Shown here one piece after another: positions 18,131 to 27,855 of a DNA stretch of 64,000 bases. Every line of letters begins with the position of its first letter. The stretch's first letter is position 1. Location of the stretch: positions 18,655-82,654 of the forward strand of contig CAZOGI010000011.1 in assembly GCA_964579435.1 (NCBI GenBank), read 5' to 3'. The notes beneath the pieces are model-generated. The model saw nothing but the letters and a program-made list of their open reading frames with translations, was not told where the DNA came from and ran no database searches. The DNA is from an uncultured Planctomycetales bacterium (GTDB taxonomy: Bacteria > Omnitrophota > Gorgyraeia > Gygaellales > Profunditerraquicolaceae). The position numbers and the translations under genes are program-made.

Positions 18131-19375
18131 ATGCATAGACGCGTTGTGGTAACGGGAGTGGGAGTAGTGACGCCGGTCGGCAACGATATCGCTTCATTCT
18201 GGAAGGCGATCACCGAAGGGGTGTCGGGTATCGGGCCGCTGCAGACGTTCGATGTCTCGAAATTCGACAGCCGTATCGCCGGGGAGATCAAGGAGTTCGA
18301 TCCGCTCGCCTTCGGGATCTCCAAAAAAGAATCCAACCGCATGGAGAAATTCGTGCAGTACGCGGTTGCCGCCACCCATCAGGCGGTCCGGGACGCGCAT
18401 CTCGATTTTTCGAAAGAGGATTGCCGGCGCAGCGGGGTGGTGATCGGCTCCGGGATCGGCAGCCTCCATATCATCGAAAAGGAGTACGAGCAGTACCTCA
18501 AGAGCGGCCCCGGGAGGATAACCCCGTTTCTCATTCCGATGCTCATCGTCAACGAAGCGGCGGGGCAGGTGGCGATTGTCCACGGGCTCAAAGGGCCCAA
18601 TTCCTGCGTGACGACCGCCTGCGCCTCCGGGACGCACGCCATCGGCGAGGCCTTCCGGATCATCCAGCGCGGCGATGCCGATGTCATGGTGACCGGCGGG
18701 ACGGAAAGCTGCATTACCCATCTGGGGGTGGGAGGGTTTTGTTCGCTCAAGGCGCTTTCGACCCGGAATCATGAGCCGCAGAAGGCCAGTCGTCCTTTTG
18801 ACGCCGAGCGGACCGGTTTTGTCATGGCCGAAGGCTGCGGGGTGGTGGTCCTGGAGAGCCTGGAGCATGCGCGCGCGCGCAAAGCGCAGATTTACGCGGA
18901 GATGTGCGGTTTCGGCATGTCCTGCGACGCCTATCATATCACCGCCCCGGATCCCGACGGCGAGGGGGCATCGCTGGCGATGCGCTGGGCTTTGGAGGAT
19001 GCGCGCATCCCCGCCGACCGGGTCGATTATATCAATGCTCACGGAACATCCACGAAGTTGAACGATAAGGTCGAGACGCTCGCCATCAAGAAGGCGCTCG
19101 GCGCCCATGCAAAAAAGGTGATGGTCTCCTCGACCAAGTCGATGCTCGGCCATCTCCTCGGCGCCGCCGGCGGGGTGGAATGCATCGTCTGCTGCCTGAC
19201 GATCAAGCACGGCATCGTCACGCCCACCGTTAATTACGAGTTTCCCGATCCGGACTGCGATCTGGATTACGTCCCCAACGCCTCCCGCAGGAAAGCCGTC
19301 GATGTCTGTCTTTCCAACTCGCTCGGTTTCGGGGGGCATAACGCCACTATCGCCGTACGCGCCTTTAAGGAATAG
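18131..19375 (+). CDS. fabF: 3-oxoacyl-ACP synthase II
   Basis: MHRRVVVTGVGVVTP aligns with the canonical FabF N-terminus. Alternative starts at GTG 18098 and ATG 18107. TACASG Cys, HGTST and GHLLGAAG His motifs. Confidence 0.9.
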   Translation: MHRRVVVTGVGVVTPVGNDIASFWKAITEGVSGIGPLQTFDVSKFDSRIAGEIKEFDPLAFGISKKESNRMEKFVQYAVAATHQAVRDAHLDFSKEDCRRSGVVIGSGIGSLHIIEKEYEQYLKSGPGRITPFLIPMLIVNEAAGQVAIVHGLKGPNSCVTTACASGTHAIGEAFRIIQRGDADVMVTGGTESCITHLGVGGFCSLKALSTRNHEPQKASRPFDAERTGFVMAEGCGVVVLESLEHARARKAQIYAEMCGFGMSCDAYHITAPDPDGEGASLAMRWALEDARIPADRVDYINAHGTSTKLNDKVETLAIKKALGAHAKKVMVSSTKSMLGHLLGAAGGVECIVCCLTIKHGIVTPTVNYEFPDPDCDLDYVPNASRRKAVDVCLSNSLGFGGHNATIAVRAFKE

Positions 19376-19399
19376 CGGGCAAAGACGGCGACACGCCGA

Positions 19400-20722
19400 T
19401 TGAGCAGCCGAATGGGATTGACCCTCGCTCAAAAAATCCTGATGCGCCACGCCGGTCTTGAAGACGCGCCGCCGGGTTCGTTTCTGGAGGCGCGGCTGGA
19501 CCTGTGTTTGGGCAACGATATCACCGCGCCCCTGGCGATCGAGGAGTTCCGCAAGGCCGGTTTCACGAAGGTCTTCGACCGCACTAAGGTCGTCCTGGTG
19601 CCCGACCACTTTGCGCCGGCAAAAGATGCGCGCAGCGCCAACCAGTGCAGGATGGTCGCCGATTTCGCGCGGCAGCAGAACCTGACGAATTACTTCGAGG
19701 TCGGGTGCATGGGGATCGAGCACGCGCTGCTGCCCGAGCGCGGGCTCATCGAGCCGGGTTTTCTGGTGATCGGCGCCGATTCGCATACCTGCACGTACGG
19801 GGCGCTGGGCGCGTATGCCAGCGGGGTCGGTTCGACCGACCTGGCGCGCGCTTTCGTCGACGGGAAGTGCTGGTTCAAGGTCCCGGAAACCATCCGCTTC
19901 ATCTATAAAGGTAAACTGCCTGCCTGGGTCAGCGGTAAGGATCTTATCCTCTATACGATCGGTTCTATCGGCGTGGACGGGGCGCTGTACCGGGCGATGG
20001 AGTTTGCCGGTCCGGTCATCGAGAGGCTGGATATGGACAGCCGCTTCGCCATGTCGAACATGGCGATCGAAGCAGGGGCGCGGGCCGGGCTCATCGAGCC
20101 GGACGCGATAACCGTTTCTTCGGTCACCGAAGCGCTGCGTGCGCGGGGCAGAAAGGTTACTGCGGCCCAGAAAAAGAAATGGCTGGCGCTCAGGAGCGAT
20201 CCCGATGCCGCTTACGAAAAGGTGTACGAGTGGGAGGTGACGGGCCTGGAGCCTCAGGTTGCCTGTCCGCACCTTCCCAGCAACGTCAAAGGGGTTTCAC
20301 AGTTGGGCGATGTCCGGGTCGATCAGGTCGTCATCGGCTCCTGTACGAACGGGCGCATCTCGGATCTGCGCACGGCCGCACTCCTCCTGCGCGGCAAGAA
20401 ATGCGCGGCGGGAGTCCGTTTGATCGTCATCCCGGCGACGCAAAAGATCTACCGCCAGGCGGTCAAAGAGGGGTTGGCCCGGATCTTTGTCGAGGCCGGC
20501 GGTGTGTTTTCGACCCCGACGTGCGGGCCGTGTTTGGGCGGGCATATCGGTATCCTGGCCGCGGGGGAGACCGCCCTGGCGACCACGAACCGCAATTTCC
20601 TCGGGCGCATGGGCAGCCCGCAATCGTTCGTCTATCTTTCCAATCCGGCGGTTGCGGCGGCCTCGGCGGTGACCGGCAGGATCACCCACCCGAAGCTCAT
20701 CCAGGCAAGGAAGCGCCGATGA
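19400..20722 (+). CDS. leuC: 3-isopropylmalate dehydratase large subunit
   Basis: Aconitase-family Cys ligands (SCTNGR, CGPCLG). Confidence 0.9.
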   Translation: MSSRMGLTLAQKILMRHAGLEDAPPGSFLEARLDLCLGNDITAPLAIEEFRKAGFTKVFDRTKVVLVPDHFAPAKDARSANQCRMVADFARQQNLTNYFEVGCMGIEHALLPERGLIEPGFLVIGADSHTCTYGALGAYASGVGSTDLARAFVDGKCWFKVPETIRFIYKGKLPAWVSGKDLILYTIGSIGVDGALYRAMEFAGPVIERLDMDSRFAMSNMAIEAGARAGLIEPDAITVSSVTEALRARGRKVTAAQKKKWLALRSDPDAAYEKVYEWEVTGLEPQVACPHLPSNVKGVSQLGDVRVDQVVIGSCTNGRISDLRTAALLLRGKKCAAGVRLIVIPATQKIYRQAVKEGLARIFVEAGGVFSTPTCGPCLGGHIGILAAGETALATTNRNFLGRMGSPQSFVYLSNPAVAAASAVTGRITHPKLIQARKRR

Positions 20723-21231
20723 TCATCCAGGGCACGGTTTTTTCTTTCGGCAACGACGTCAATACCGACGACATCATCGCGGCGAAGTACCTGGTCTCTA
20801 CCGACGCCGCGGAGCTGGGCAAGCACTGTATGGAGACGATCCGGCCGGATTTCGCGCCGGCGGTCAAGCCCGGCTCGATCATCGTGGCGGGAAAGAATTT
20901 CGGGTGCGGTTCTTCCCGCGAACACGCGCCGCTGGCGATCAAGGGCTGCGGAGTCTCTGCGGTCATCGCGGTCAGCTTTGCAGGCATTTTTTTCCGCAAC
21001 GCGATCAATATCGGCCTGCCGTTCCTGGAATTGGCCGAGGCGCCGCTTATCCGCGAAGGGGATGAACTGGTCATCGACCTCTCGCAGGGAACGATCGATG
21101 ACCGCACGCAAGGGCGTCTCTTCAAGACAGCCGCTTTTCCGCCCTTTTTACAGGAGATCGTCAATCAGAACGGCCTGATGAACTGGATCCGCACCAGGCC
21201 CCAACCGCCAGCCAGGGGGAAGAAGCGATGA
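20719..21231 (+). CDS. leuD: 3-isopropylmalate dehydratase small subunit
   Basis: ATGA overlap. Aconitase swivel-domain motifs GKNFGCGSSREHAP. Confidence 0.9.
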   Translation: MIIQGTVFSFGNDVNTDDIIAAKYLVSTDAAELGKHCMETIRPDFAPAVKPGSIIVAGKNFGCGSSREHAPLAIKGCGVSAVIAVSFAGIFFRNAINIGLPFLELAEAPLIREGDELVIDLSQGTIDDRTQGRLFKTAAFPPFLQEIVNQNGLMNWIRTRPQPPARGKKR

Positions 21232-21488
21232 AGATCGAGAAAGTGAAACGCAAGGTCAGCATCATCTGCAACGACGGCTCGTCGGTCCGCGGCCTGGTGC
21301 ATATCAACGAGGGGGAGCGGGTCCTGGATTTTTTCAACGATGAAAGGGAGGAATTCATCGCCCTGACTTCGGCTGAATTCTTCTATGCCGAAGACGTCCA
21401 GTCGTTCAAGATGCCCACGAAGGCATTACGCAAGAAAGAGTTCATTATCCTGAACAAGTCGTCGATCAAGTGGATCGAAGAGGTTTAG
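21228..21488 (+). CDS. Hypothetical 86-aa protein translationally coupled inside the leu operon
   Basis: ATGA overlap with leuD. GC content noticeably lower than neighbouring genes. No motif I recognise. Confidence 0.5.
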   Translation: MKIEKVKRKVSIICNDGSSVRGLVHINEGERVLDFFNDEREEFIALTSAEFFYAEDVQSFKMPTKALRKKEFIILNKSSIKWIEEV

Positions 21489-21504
21489 TAAGAAGGGGGT
21501 TTAC

Positions 21505-22566
21505 ATGTATCGGATAGCGGTTGTCCCGGGCGACGGCACGGGCCCGGAGGTCGTCAACGAGGGGCTCAAGGTGTTGGCGGCGGCTGCGGATGCCTTCGGG
21601 TTCCGTTTCCAGACGACGGTCTTTGATTTCGGCGGCGAACGGTACCTGCGCACCGGCAAGACGCTCGATGAGGACGATAGCGCGGAGCTGAAGAAGTACG
21701 CCGCGATCTATTTGGGGGCGATCGGCCATCCGCAGGTCAAACCCGGGATACTGGAGACCGGGATACTGCTGAAGCTGCGTTTTTCCCTCGACCAGTACAT
21801 CAACCTTCGTCCGGTCAAGCTCTACAACGCGGCATTCTGCCCGCTCAAGGACAAGCGTCCCGAGGATATCGATTTCGTCGTGGTCAGGGAGAATTCCGAA
21901 GGGCTCTATAAGGGGATGGGGGAGTTCCGCCAGAAGGGAACGGCCGATGAGGTCGCCCTGCAGATCTCCTATAACACGCGCAAGGGGGTCGAGCGCTGCA
22001 TCCGTTACGCCTTCCAGTACGCGCGGCAGCGCAACAAGAAGAAGCGGCTCACCCTCTGCGGCAAGACCAATGTCCTGACCTATGCCTGGGACCTCTGGGA
22101 GCGTACCTTTTACGAAGTCGCCAAGGAATTTCCCGACATCAAAACCGACTACGCGCACGTCGACGCCACGACCATGTGGTTCGTGAAGAACCCGGAGTGG
22201 TTTGACGTGATCGTGACCGATAACATGTTCGGGGATATCATCACCGACCTGGGGGCGATGATCCAGGGAGGCATGGGTATCGCCGCGGGTGGCAACATCA
22301 ACCCCGAAGGGGTCTCGATGTTCGAGCCGATCGGCGGCAGCGCCCCCAAGTACACCGGGCAGAACGTGATCAATCCGCTGGCGGCGATCTGCGCGGCGGG
22401 GATGATGCTGGAGTCGCTCGGGGAAAAGGCGGCGGCGACGGCGATCGAAAACGCGGTCATAGGGATCGTCGCCAAAGATCTGAAGTCCCTGGCGGCAGGC
22501 AAGATGGGGTATTCGACGTCGGAAGTGGGGGATATGGTCGCGCGTGCGATCAAAAGTTCGCGATAG
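21505..22566 (+). CDS. leuB: 3-isopropylmalate dehydrogenase (isocitrate/isopropylmalate DH family)
   Basis: RIAVVPGDGTGPEV NAD-binding motif and NLFGDI-like motif. Operon context with leuCD. Confidence 0.85.
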   Translation: MYRIAVVPGDGTGPEVVNEGLKVLAAAADAFGFRFQTTVFDFGGERYLRTGKTLDEDDSAELKKYAAIYLGAIGHPQVKPGILETGILLKLRFSLDQYINLRPVKLYNAAFCPLKDKRPEDIDFVVVRENSEGLYKGMGEFRQKGTADEVALQISYNTRKGVERCIRYAFQYARQRNKKKRLTLCGKTNVLTYAWDLWERTFYEVAKEFPDIKTDYAHVDATTMWFVKNPEWFDVIVTDNMFGDIITDLGAMIQGGMGIAAGGNINPEGVSMFEPIGGSAPKYTGQNVINPLAAICAAGMMLESLGEKAAATAIENAVIGIVAKDLKSLAAGKMGYSTSEVGDMVARAIKSSR

Positions 22567-22799
22567 TTTTCAATCAGCGCACAGCGGAGGTTTGTTTTGA
22601 GCAGGACGTGGTGAGGCTAAAGCGGGCATGGATCGTCCGCTATGGGATACTCGGCGAGAGCGAGGCCGTAACCCCGAGCGCAGCGAGCCGCGCAGGGGCG
22701 AGCAAGCGATCCTGCGAGAAACAAACCGGAGCGGAATCGCTTTAGTTTAAGAGAAGCCGATTATTACAGGTAAAACATACGACGGAGTTGTTCAATACT

Positions 22800-23834
22800 A
22801 TGGCCAAAAACAAGAAAGCAGTGACGGTGGCGGTCGTGGGGGTGGGTGCGGTGGGCATCGAGATGCTTCGGGTCCTGCGTCAGCGCGCATTTCCCTGCGC
22901 GGCGATCCGGGTCTTCGCGCGCTCCGAGCGCGATATCTCGGTTGAGGGCGAGACGTTCCACGTCGAGGCGATCGCTCCCGAGCGTTTCGAAGGGGTGGAT
23001 ATCGCGCTCTTCGCCGGCACCGAGGGGGAGAAGGGCGCGGCGGCGACCTACGCTTCCGAGGCGGTTTTGCGCGGGGCGGTGGTCATCGACAACGGGGCGG
23101 ATTTTCGCATGCGGCCGGACGTGCCGCTGGTCGTGCCGGAGGTCAATGCCGCCGATATCCGCCGACACAAGGGCATTATCGCCAATCCCAACTGCTCGAC
23201 GATCCAGATGGTCGTGGCGCTCTGGCCGCTGCACAAGAAGGCCGGCATCAAGCGGATCGTGGTGACCACCCTGCAGGCTTCCTCCGGGGCCGGGCGCGCC
23301 GCCGTGGAGCAGCTGCGCGAAGAGACCGCGGTCATCTCCTCGGGGCAGTTTACGGCTTTGAACGTCCAGCTCCAACAGCGGGCGATGCCGCAACAGCTGG
23401 CCTTCAACGTTTTTCCCCAGATCGGCGGTTTTGCCGAGGACGACTTTACCAGCGAAGAATGGAAATTGGTGCGCGAAACGCACAAGATCATGCATGATCC
23501 CAAGATCCGCGTCTCGGCGACCACCGTGCGCGTTCCGGTCAGGACCGGGCACTCCGAGAGCATTTATATCGAAACCAGGGACCATCTCTGCGTCGAAAAA
23601 GCACGCCAGATCCTCGGTAAAGCTCCCGGCGTCGTGGTTATGGATGAGCCGCAGAAGGGGCTCTATCCCATGCCCAAAGACGTCGAGGGAAGGGACGAGA
23701 CTTTTGTCGGGCGGATCCGACGCGACCCGTTCGTGAAGAACGGCATGTGGCTGTGGGTAGTCGCGGATAACCTGCGTAAAGGCGCGGCAACCAATGCCGT
23801 GCAGATCGCGGAGCGTCTCGTATCCGCACGGTAA
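22800..23834 (+). CDS. asd: Aspartate-semialdehyde dehydrogenase
   Basis: VAVVGVGAVG, NPNCSTIQM active-site Cys. Alternative TTG start at 22788. Confidence 0.9.
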   Translation: MAKNKKAVTVAVVGVGAVGIEMLRVLRQRAFPCAAIRVFARSERDISVEGETFHVEAIAPERFEGVDIALFAGTEGEKGAAATYASEAVLRGAVVIDNGADFRMRPDVPLVVPEVNAADIRRHKGIIANPNCSTIQMVVALWPLHKKAGIKRIVVTTLQASSGAGRAAVEQLREETAVISSGQFTALNVQLQQRAMPQQLAFNVFPQIGGFAEDDFTSEEWKLVRETHKIMHDPKIRVSATTVRVPVRTGHSESIYIETRDHLCVEKARQILGKAPGVVVMDEPQKGLYPMPKDVEGRDETFVGRIRRDPFVKNGMWLWVVADNLRKGAATNAVQIAERLVSAR

Positions 23835-23864
23835 TCGTTCGAAGCCGGGGACGCGCTCGAGGAC

Positions 23865-24635
23865 ATGCGTTTTTTTAAGCTGATCCTGCAGTTCGACGGT
23901 ACCGGTTATTGCGGCTGGCAGCTGCAGCGCGCCTCCCGCGCCGGCCCGGCAAAGCCTTCGGTTCAATCAACCCTCCAGCGGGTTCTCGGTGGCATCCTCC
24001 AGCAACAGGTGAAGGTTATCGGCTGCGGCCGCACCGACGCCGGCGTGCACGCAGACGGTTTCGTCGCTCATTTTTCGGCGCGCACGCACCTTCCTGCCGC
24101 GCGTTTGCGCGCGGCGCTCAACGCGCTCCTGCCTGGCGATATCGCCGTTGTGGATGTGCGGGAAGTTCCTGCCTCTTTTCACAGCCGTTACCGCTGCCGC
24201 AGCAAAACCTACCGCTACAGCCTCGATACGCGAGACGTTCCCGACGTTTTCTCACGGCGCTGGGCCCTGCACTGCCCGTGGCCGCTTGATCTGGCACGCA
24301 TGCGGCGTGAAGCGCGTATCCTGGCGGGGGAGCATGATTTTGGGGCTTTTGCCTCCGGCCCCGGGAAGAGAGGCGGCACGGTCCGCAGGATCGACAAGAT
24401 TAGCATTGTAAAGCGGGGGAGGATGCTTTATATTATTATTAGGGGAAATGGTTTCCTGCGCCATATGGTGCGCGCGTTGGTAGGCACCCTCCTGGAGATC
24501 GGCCGCGGAAAGATGCCGTCGGGGAGCATGCGCGCTATCCTCAAAGGGCGCTCGCGCCGGGCTGCCGGCCCGACCGCCGCGGCAAAAGGCTTGTGCCTGA
24601 TCGAGGCCTCCTATGCCGGGGATGCCGCAAAATAA
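23865..24635 (+). CDS. truA: tRNA pseudouridine(38-40) synthase
   Basis: GCGRTDAGVHA catalytic Asp motif. Confidence 0.9.
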   Translation: MRFFKLILQFDGTGYCGWQLQRASRAGPAKPSVQSTLQRVLGGILQQQVKVIGCGRTDAGVHADGFVAHFSARTHLPAARLRAALNALLPGDIAVVDVREVPASFHSRYRCRSKTYRYSLDTRDVPDVFSRRWALHCPWPLDLARMRREARILAGEHDFGAFASGPGKRGGTVRRIDKISIVKRGRMLYIIIRGNGFLRHMVRALVGTLLEIGRGKMPSGSMRAILKGRSRRAAGPTAAAKGLCLIEASYAGDAAK

Positions 24636-24647
24636 GGAGAAGATGAG

Positions 24648-25511
24648 ATGAGGCTGTTGAGAGGGTTTACGCTCCTGGAGCTGGTCATTGTTCTCATAAT
24701 CATCGGTATCTTCTCGACCCTCGGCGTGGCCTGGTACGGGAAGTTTCTCGATGATTCGCGGGCATCCCTGTGTCAGGCGAACCTGGAGGCGCTCAAGGCC
24801 GCCCTGGATGTCTACGCGATGGAGCATGATTCCCTGCCGGCTGACTTAAGCAAGCTGCCCCCGGAGACCATAGAGCGCGCGTACGCGCAGATACTCAAGG
24901 ATGGCGGGTTGCGCCTGCAGCTGGCGTATCTAGCCGATCTAATGGATCAGCGTCAGTACGCGTATGCGGCGGATTTCCTGAAGAACGTCGCCGGCGGCAA
25001 TGTGAGCGTCACGATATGCCCGGTGCGCAAGCTGCAGGGCGGTGGGATTTCGTATGGTTTGAATGTGGCATTGCAGAGCATCTCCTACCTCGATTATCAG
25101 CTGTTGCCTGCCCTGACCCCATTGGTCGCTGACGCGAACGGGTCAACTTTTTCGGCAACCGCCTTGGGGGTCATAACCGGATCAGTCGATCGTCATCCGC
25201 TTTACGGCAGCAATGCCACCGGCAGCAGGGCGCTGGCTGTCTTGGCCGATGGGTTCGTCTATGAGTATCGCGGCGGCGTGCAGCAGCGGCTTCGCCCCAA
25301 GAAGACCAAAGACCGGGTGTATAAGAACATCACCTGGGCAACGGTCAAGGCCGCGTATGACAACGAGAAGGCATGCAAGAATGCCTGCAAAGCCTCTTCC
25401 CAGGCCGACGGCATCTCTTTTGAGACCAAGCAGGCGTGCTCCGGGTATTGCCGGACCCAGTACGGCAAGACCATAGACGATAAATGCAAGCTTATAGCGA
25501 CGTGCCCGTAG
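24648..25511 (+). CDS. Prepilin-type N-terminal cleavage/methylation domain protein with a Cys-rich C-terminus
   Basis: GFTLLELVIVLIIIGI class-III signal. C-terminal KACKNACK...CSGYC...CKLIATCP. Confidence 0.7.
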   Translation: MRLLRGFTLLELVIVLIIIGIFSTLGVAWYGKFLDDSRASLCQANLEALKAALDVYAMEHDSLPADLSKLPPETIERAYAQILKDGGLRLQLAYLADLMDQRQYAYAADFLKNVAGGNVSVTICPVRKLQGGGISYGLNVALQSISYLDYQLLPALTPLVADANGSTFSATALGVITGSVDRHPLYGSNATGSRALAVLADGFVYEYRGGVQQRLRPKKTKDRVYKNITWATVKAAYDNEKACKNACKASSQADGISFETKQACSGYCRTQYGKTIDDKCKLIATCP

Positions 25512-25524
25512 CGAAAGCGGTTTT

Positions 25525-27855
25525 TTGGTGAAGGCTGCATCCTCGCAGACGAAGCCGCAGTTAGGCGCCCGTCAGGTGCGTTGGGGGTTGGTTCTTCTGG
25601 CGGGCGTTTTTGCCCTGAACGTATCCGGGTATTTCCCTTTCCGGGGGCTGGATGATACCGCTGCCTGGTACGCGTATACCTTCTCGGCGAAGCGCTCTCC
25701 CGCCCGGTTTGTCGGTATCGAGATAGACGAGTATTCCCTGAAGCAGCTCGGGCAGCGCTGGCCGTGGCGCCGGGATGTGTATGCGCAGCTGGTGGATGTG
25801 GTCGGCAGGGAAGGGGCGCATACCCTGGGTTTCGACCTGGCGTTTGTCGGCGCCTCAGATTATCCCGACGATGATACGCGTTTCACCCAGGCTTTGCGCG
25901 CTTCTAAGGTGCGCACCGTCCTGGGTTATTTTTTCGACCCGCAAAAGGCCGCGGCGGTGTTTCCGTATGCGCCGCTGCGCGAAGCGGCCTTCTCCTGCGG
26001 GATGGTCAACACCCCTTTCGACCGGGACGGCAAAAACCGCCGCCAGCGGGCTTTTATCGAATATGAGGGGCAGCGGCTGTATTCTTTCTCGCTCGCCGTC
26101 GCCTCTGCTTTCCGGCAGGAATCTGAGGATGAGTTGAGCCGCCGGCTTCCGCTGCTGCCCGACAAGACCTACCGCGTCAACTACCGGATAAAACCGAAAG
26201 ATATCGTGCGCGTCAGCTTTTCCGATTGCCTCTTTTCCCTCGGGGAGCTCAAGCATCGTTTCGGCGATTCTTTCCTCAAAGGGGCGCTGGTGGTCGTGTA
26301 CCCGGCCTCGGATATTGTGCACCGCGATATCCGCGATACCCCCCTGGGCCGGATGCCGGGAGGATTGTTGCATCTCAACGCCATCGAGAATATCCTTGCG
26401 GCGCATCCGCTGCGCAACTCCGCGCTCTTGCTTTTGTGCTGTCTTCTCGTTTCCTATCTTGTTCTCTCCCGGGCGCTGGTGCGGCTTAATTTTTTGCAGG
26501 GGTTCCTGATTGCCGCGGGCATAGCGGTTTTCCTGCTGTGGCTGTCGGTGGCCGGCCGCTCCATCGGCCTGACCTTCGATTACGACAGCTGTATCCTGTA
26601 TCTTCTGCTCTATTATGCCGTCGGCTGGATCGATTCGTACCGGACCTTCACCGAGCGCATGAGGCGGATCAAGGCCAAGGCGACGCTCGACCCGCTCAGC
26701 AGGCTCTTTACGCTGCGGCAGTTTTATTTTTATCTCTTCCAGGAGATCAAGCATTTGCGCGTGCGCAAGAAGGTCTTCCTGGTTTTCATCGACCTGAAAC
26801 AGTTCGTCTCGGCCTGCGACGAGCTCTCGGTGGGGCAGACGCAGGATCTGTGGAAGGAGCTCGCCGCCCAGCTGGAGCTCCCGGGCAGTTTCTGGTCCTT
26901 GTACGCGCAGGGACAGCTCCTGGGCGCGGCGGTTTCGACAACGCGCAAGGCGAACGCGGAGTTCTGCGGGCTGCTGCAGCGGCTGCAGCAGCTCTTCTCC
27001 CGGCGGGCCTTGCCCGTTGATGTCTCTCTTGCCGCGGTGCCGTTTACCAGCAAATACCCGGTCGGCAGCGTGGTTCTGATGCTTGCCGAGAGCGCGGCAC
27101 AGGGAAAGGGTACGGCGGTTCTGCTCGCTGTCGCGCGCATGCGAGAAATGCTGCGGTCGGCTGCGCCGCAGCAGAAAGAGCACGCCTTCATCGAGAGCCT
27201 CGACGAAGATATCGAAGAAAAGAACACCCAGCTGCTCCTGCTCCTGGAGAATCTGAAGCGCGAACACGGCAAGACCAAAGAGGCGTTCTTCCAGATCATT
27301 TCTTCCCTGGTCAACGCCCTGGAAGCGAAAGACCCGTATACCGAGGGGCATTCGGAGCGGGTGAGCCGGTATGCGCTGCGCCTTGCCCTGACGGTAGGCT
27401 GGGGTAAGGAAGAACAGGAGAAGCTGCGCAAGGCCGCGCTCCTGCACGACCTGGGAAAGATCGGCATCCCGGACCAGGTGCTGCATAAGCGGGGGAAGCT
27501 GGACGATCAGGAGTTCGATATCATCCGTAAGCACGAGGTGATCGGGGTCAGGATCCTTGAGCCCCTGACCGAATTGCGCGAGATCCTTCCCTGGATCCTG
27601 TATCACCACGAAAAATGGGACGGCAGCGGCTATCCGCACGGCCTTGCGGGATCGTCTATCCCCGAAGGGGCGCAGATCATTTCGCTCGCCGATGTCTATG
27701 ACGCCCTGACGACCGGCCGGGACTATAAGCCGGCTTTCTCTCAGGAGGAGGCGCTGGCGGAAATTGAACGCAACAGCGGCAGACAGTTCAACCCGCAACT
27801 GGTCTCGGAGTTCGTGAAACTGATGCGGGGGGAGGGAAAGATACATGACACGTGA
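25525..27855 (+). CDS. CHASE2 sensor / HD-GYP c-di-GMP phosphodiesterase membrane protein
   Basis: N-terminal TM helix, periplasmic domain, three TM helices, then HDLGKIGIPD and HHEKWDGSGYP HD-GYP motifs. 776 aa. Confidence 0.8.
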   Translation: MVKAASSQTKPQLGARQVRWGLVLLAGVFALNVSGYFPFRGLDDTAAWYAYTFSAKRSPARFVGIEIDEYSLKQLGQRWPWRRDVYAQLVDVVGREGAHTLGFDLAFVGASDYPDDDTRFTQALRASKVRTVLGYFFDPQKAAAVFPYAPLREAAFSCGMVNTPFDRDGKNRRQRAFIEYEGQRLYSFSLAVASAFRQESEDELSRRLPLLPDKTYRVNYRIKPKDIVRVSFSDCLFSLGELKHRFGDSFLKGALVVVYPASDIVHRDIRDTPLGRMPGGLLHLNAIENILAAHPLRNSALLLLCCLLVSYLVLSRALVRLNFLQGFLIAAGIAVFLLWLSVAGRSIGLTFDYDSCILYLLLYYAVGWIDSYRTFTERMRRIKAKATLDPLSRLFTLRQFYFYLFQEIKHLRVRKKVFLVFIDLKQFVSACDELSVGQTQDLWKELAAQLELPGSFWSLYAQGQLLGAAVSTTRKANAEFCGLLQRLQQLFSRRALPVDVSLAAVPFTSKYPVGSVVLMLAESAAQGKGTAVLLAVARMREMLRSAAPQQKEHAFIESLDEDIEEKNTQLLLLLENLKREHGKTKEAFFQIISSLVNALEAKDPYTEGHSERVSRYALRLALTVGWGKEEQEKLRKAALLHDLGKIGIPDQVLHKRGKLDDQEFDIIRKHEVIGVRILEPLTELREILPWILYHHEKWDGSGYPHGLAGSSIPEGAQIISLADVYDALTTGRDYKPAFSQEEALAEIERNSGRQFNPQLVSEFVKLMRGEGKIHDT

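Noticed and set aside
18194-20272. 692-aa minus-strand ORF
   Set aside because: Spans antisense to both fabF and leuC, which have unambiguous + strand homology. Low-complexity Arg/Gly/Asp-rich product.
22600-22760. Possible tRNA or riboswitch in the leuB-asd spacer
   Set aside because: No tRNA-like T-loop (GTTCRANYC) or acceptor structure, and no riboswitch consensus I can recognise. Kept only as a low-interest uncharacterised spacer.
22764-23966. 400-aa minus-strand ORF
   Set aside because: Antisense to asd. Likewise 3689..4663(-), 34267..35709(-), 49808..51292(-) and 55483..57333(-), which oppose the KS, argG, GT9/uvrA and TPR/exbB genes respectively. All are GC-driven open antisense frames.
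24648-25511. Pilin-like gene as part of the main type IV pilus locus
   Set aside because: It is 33 kb away from pilMNOPQB and instead coupled to the HD-GYP gene. Treated as a separate system.
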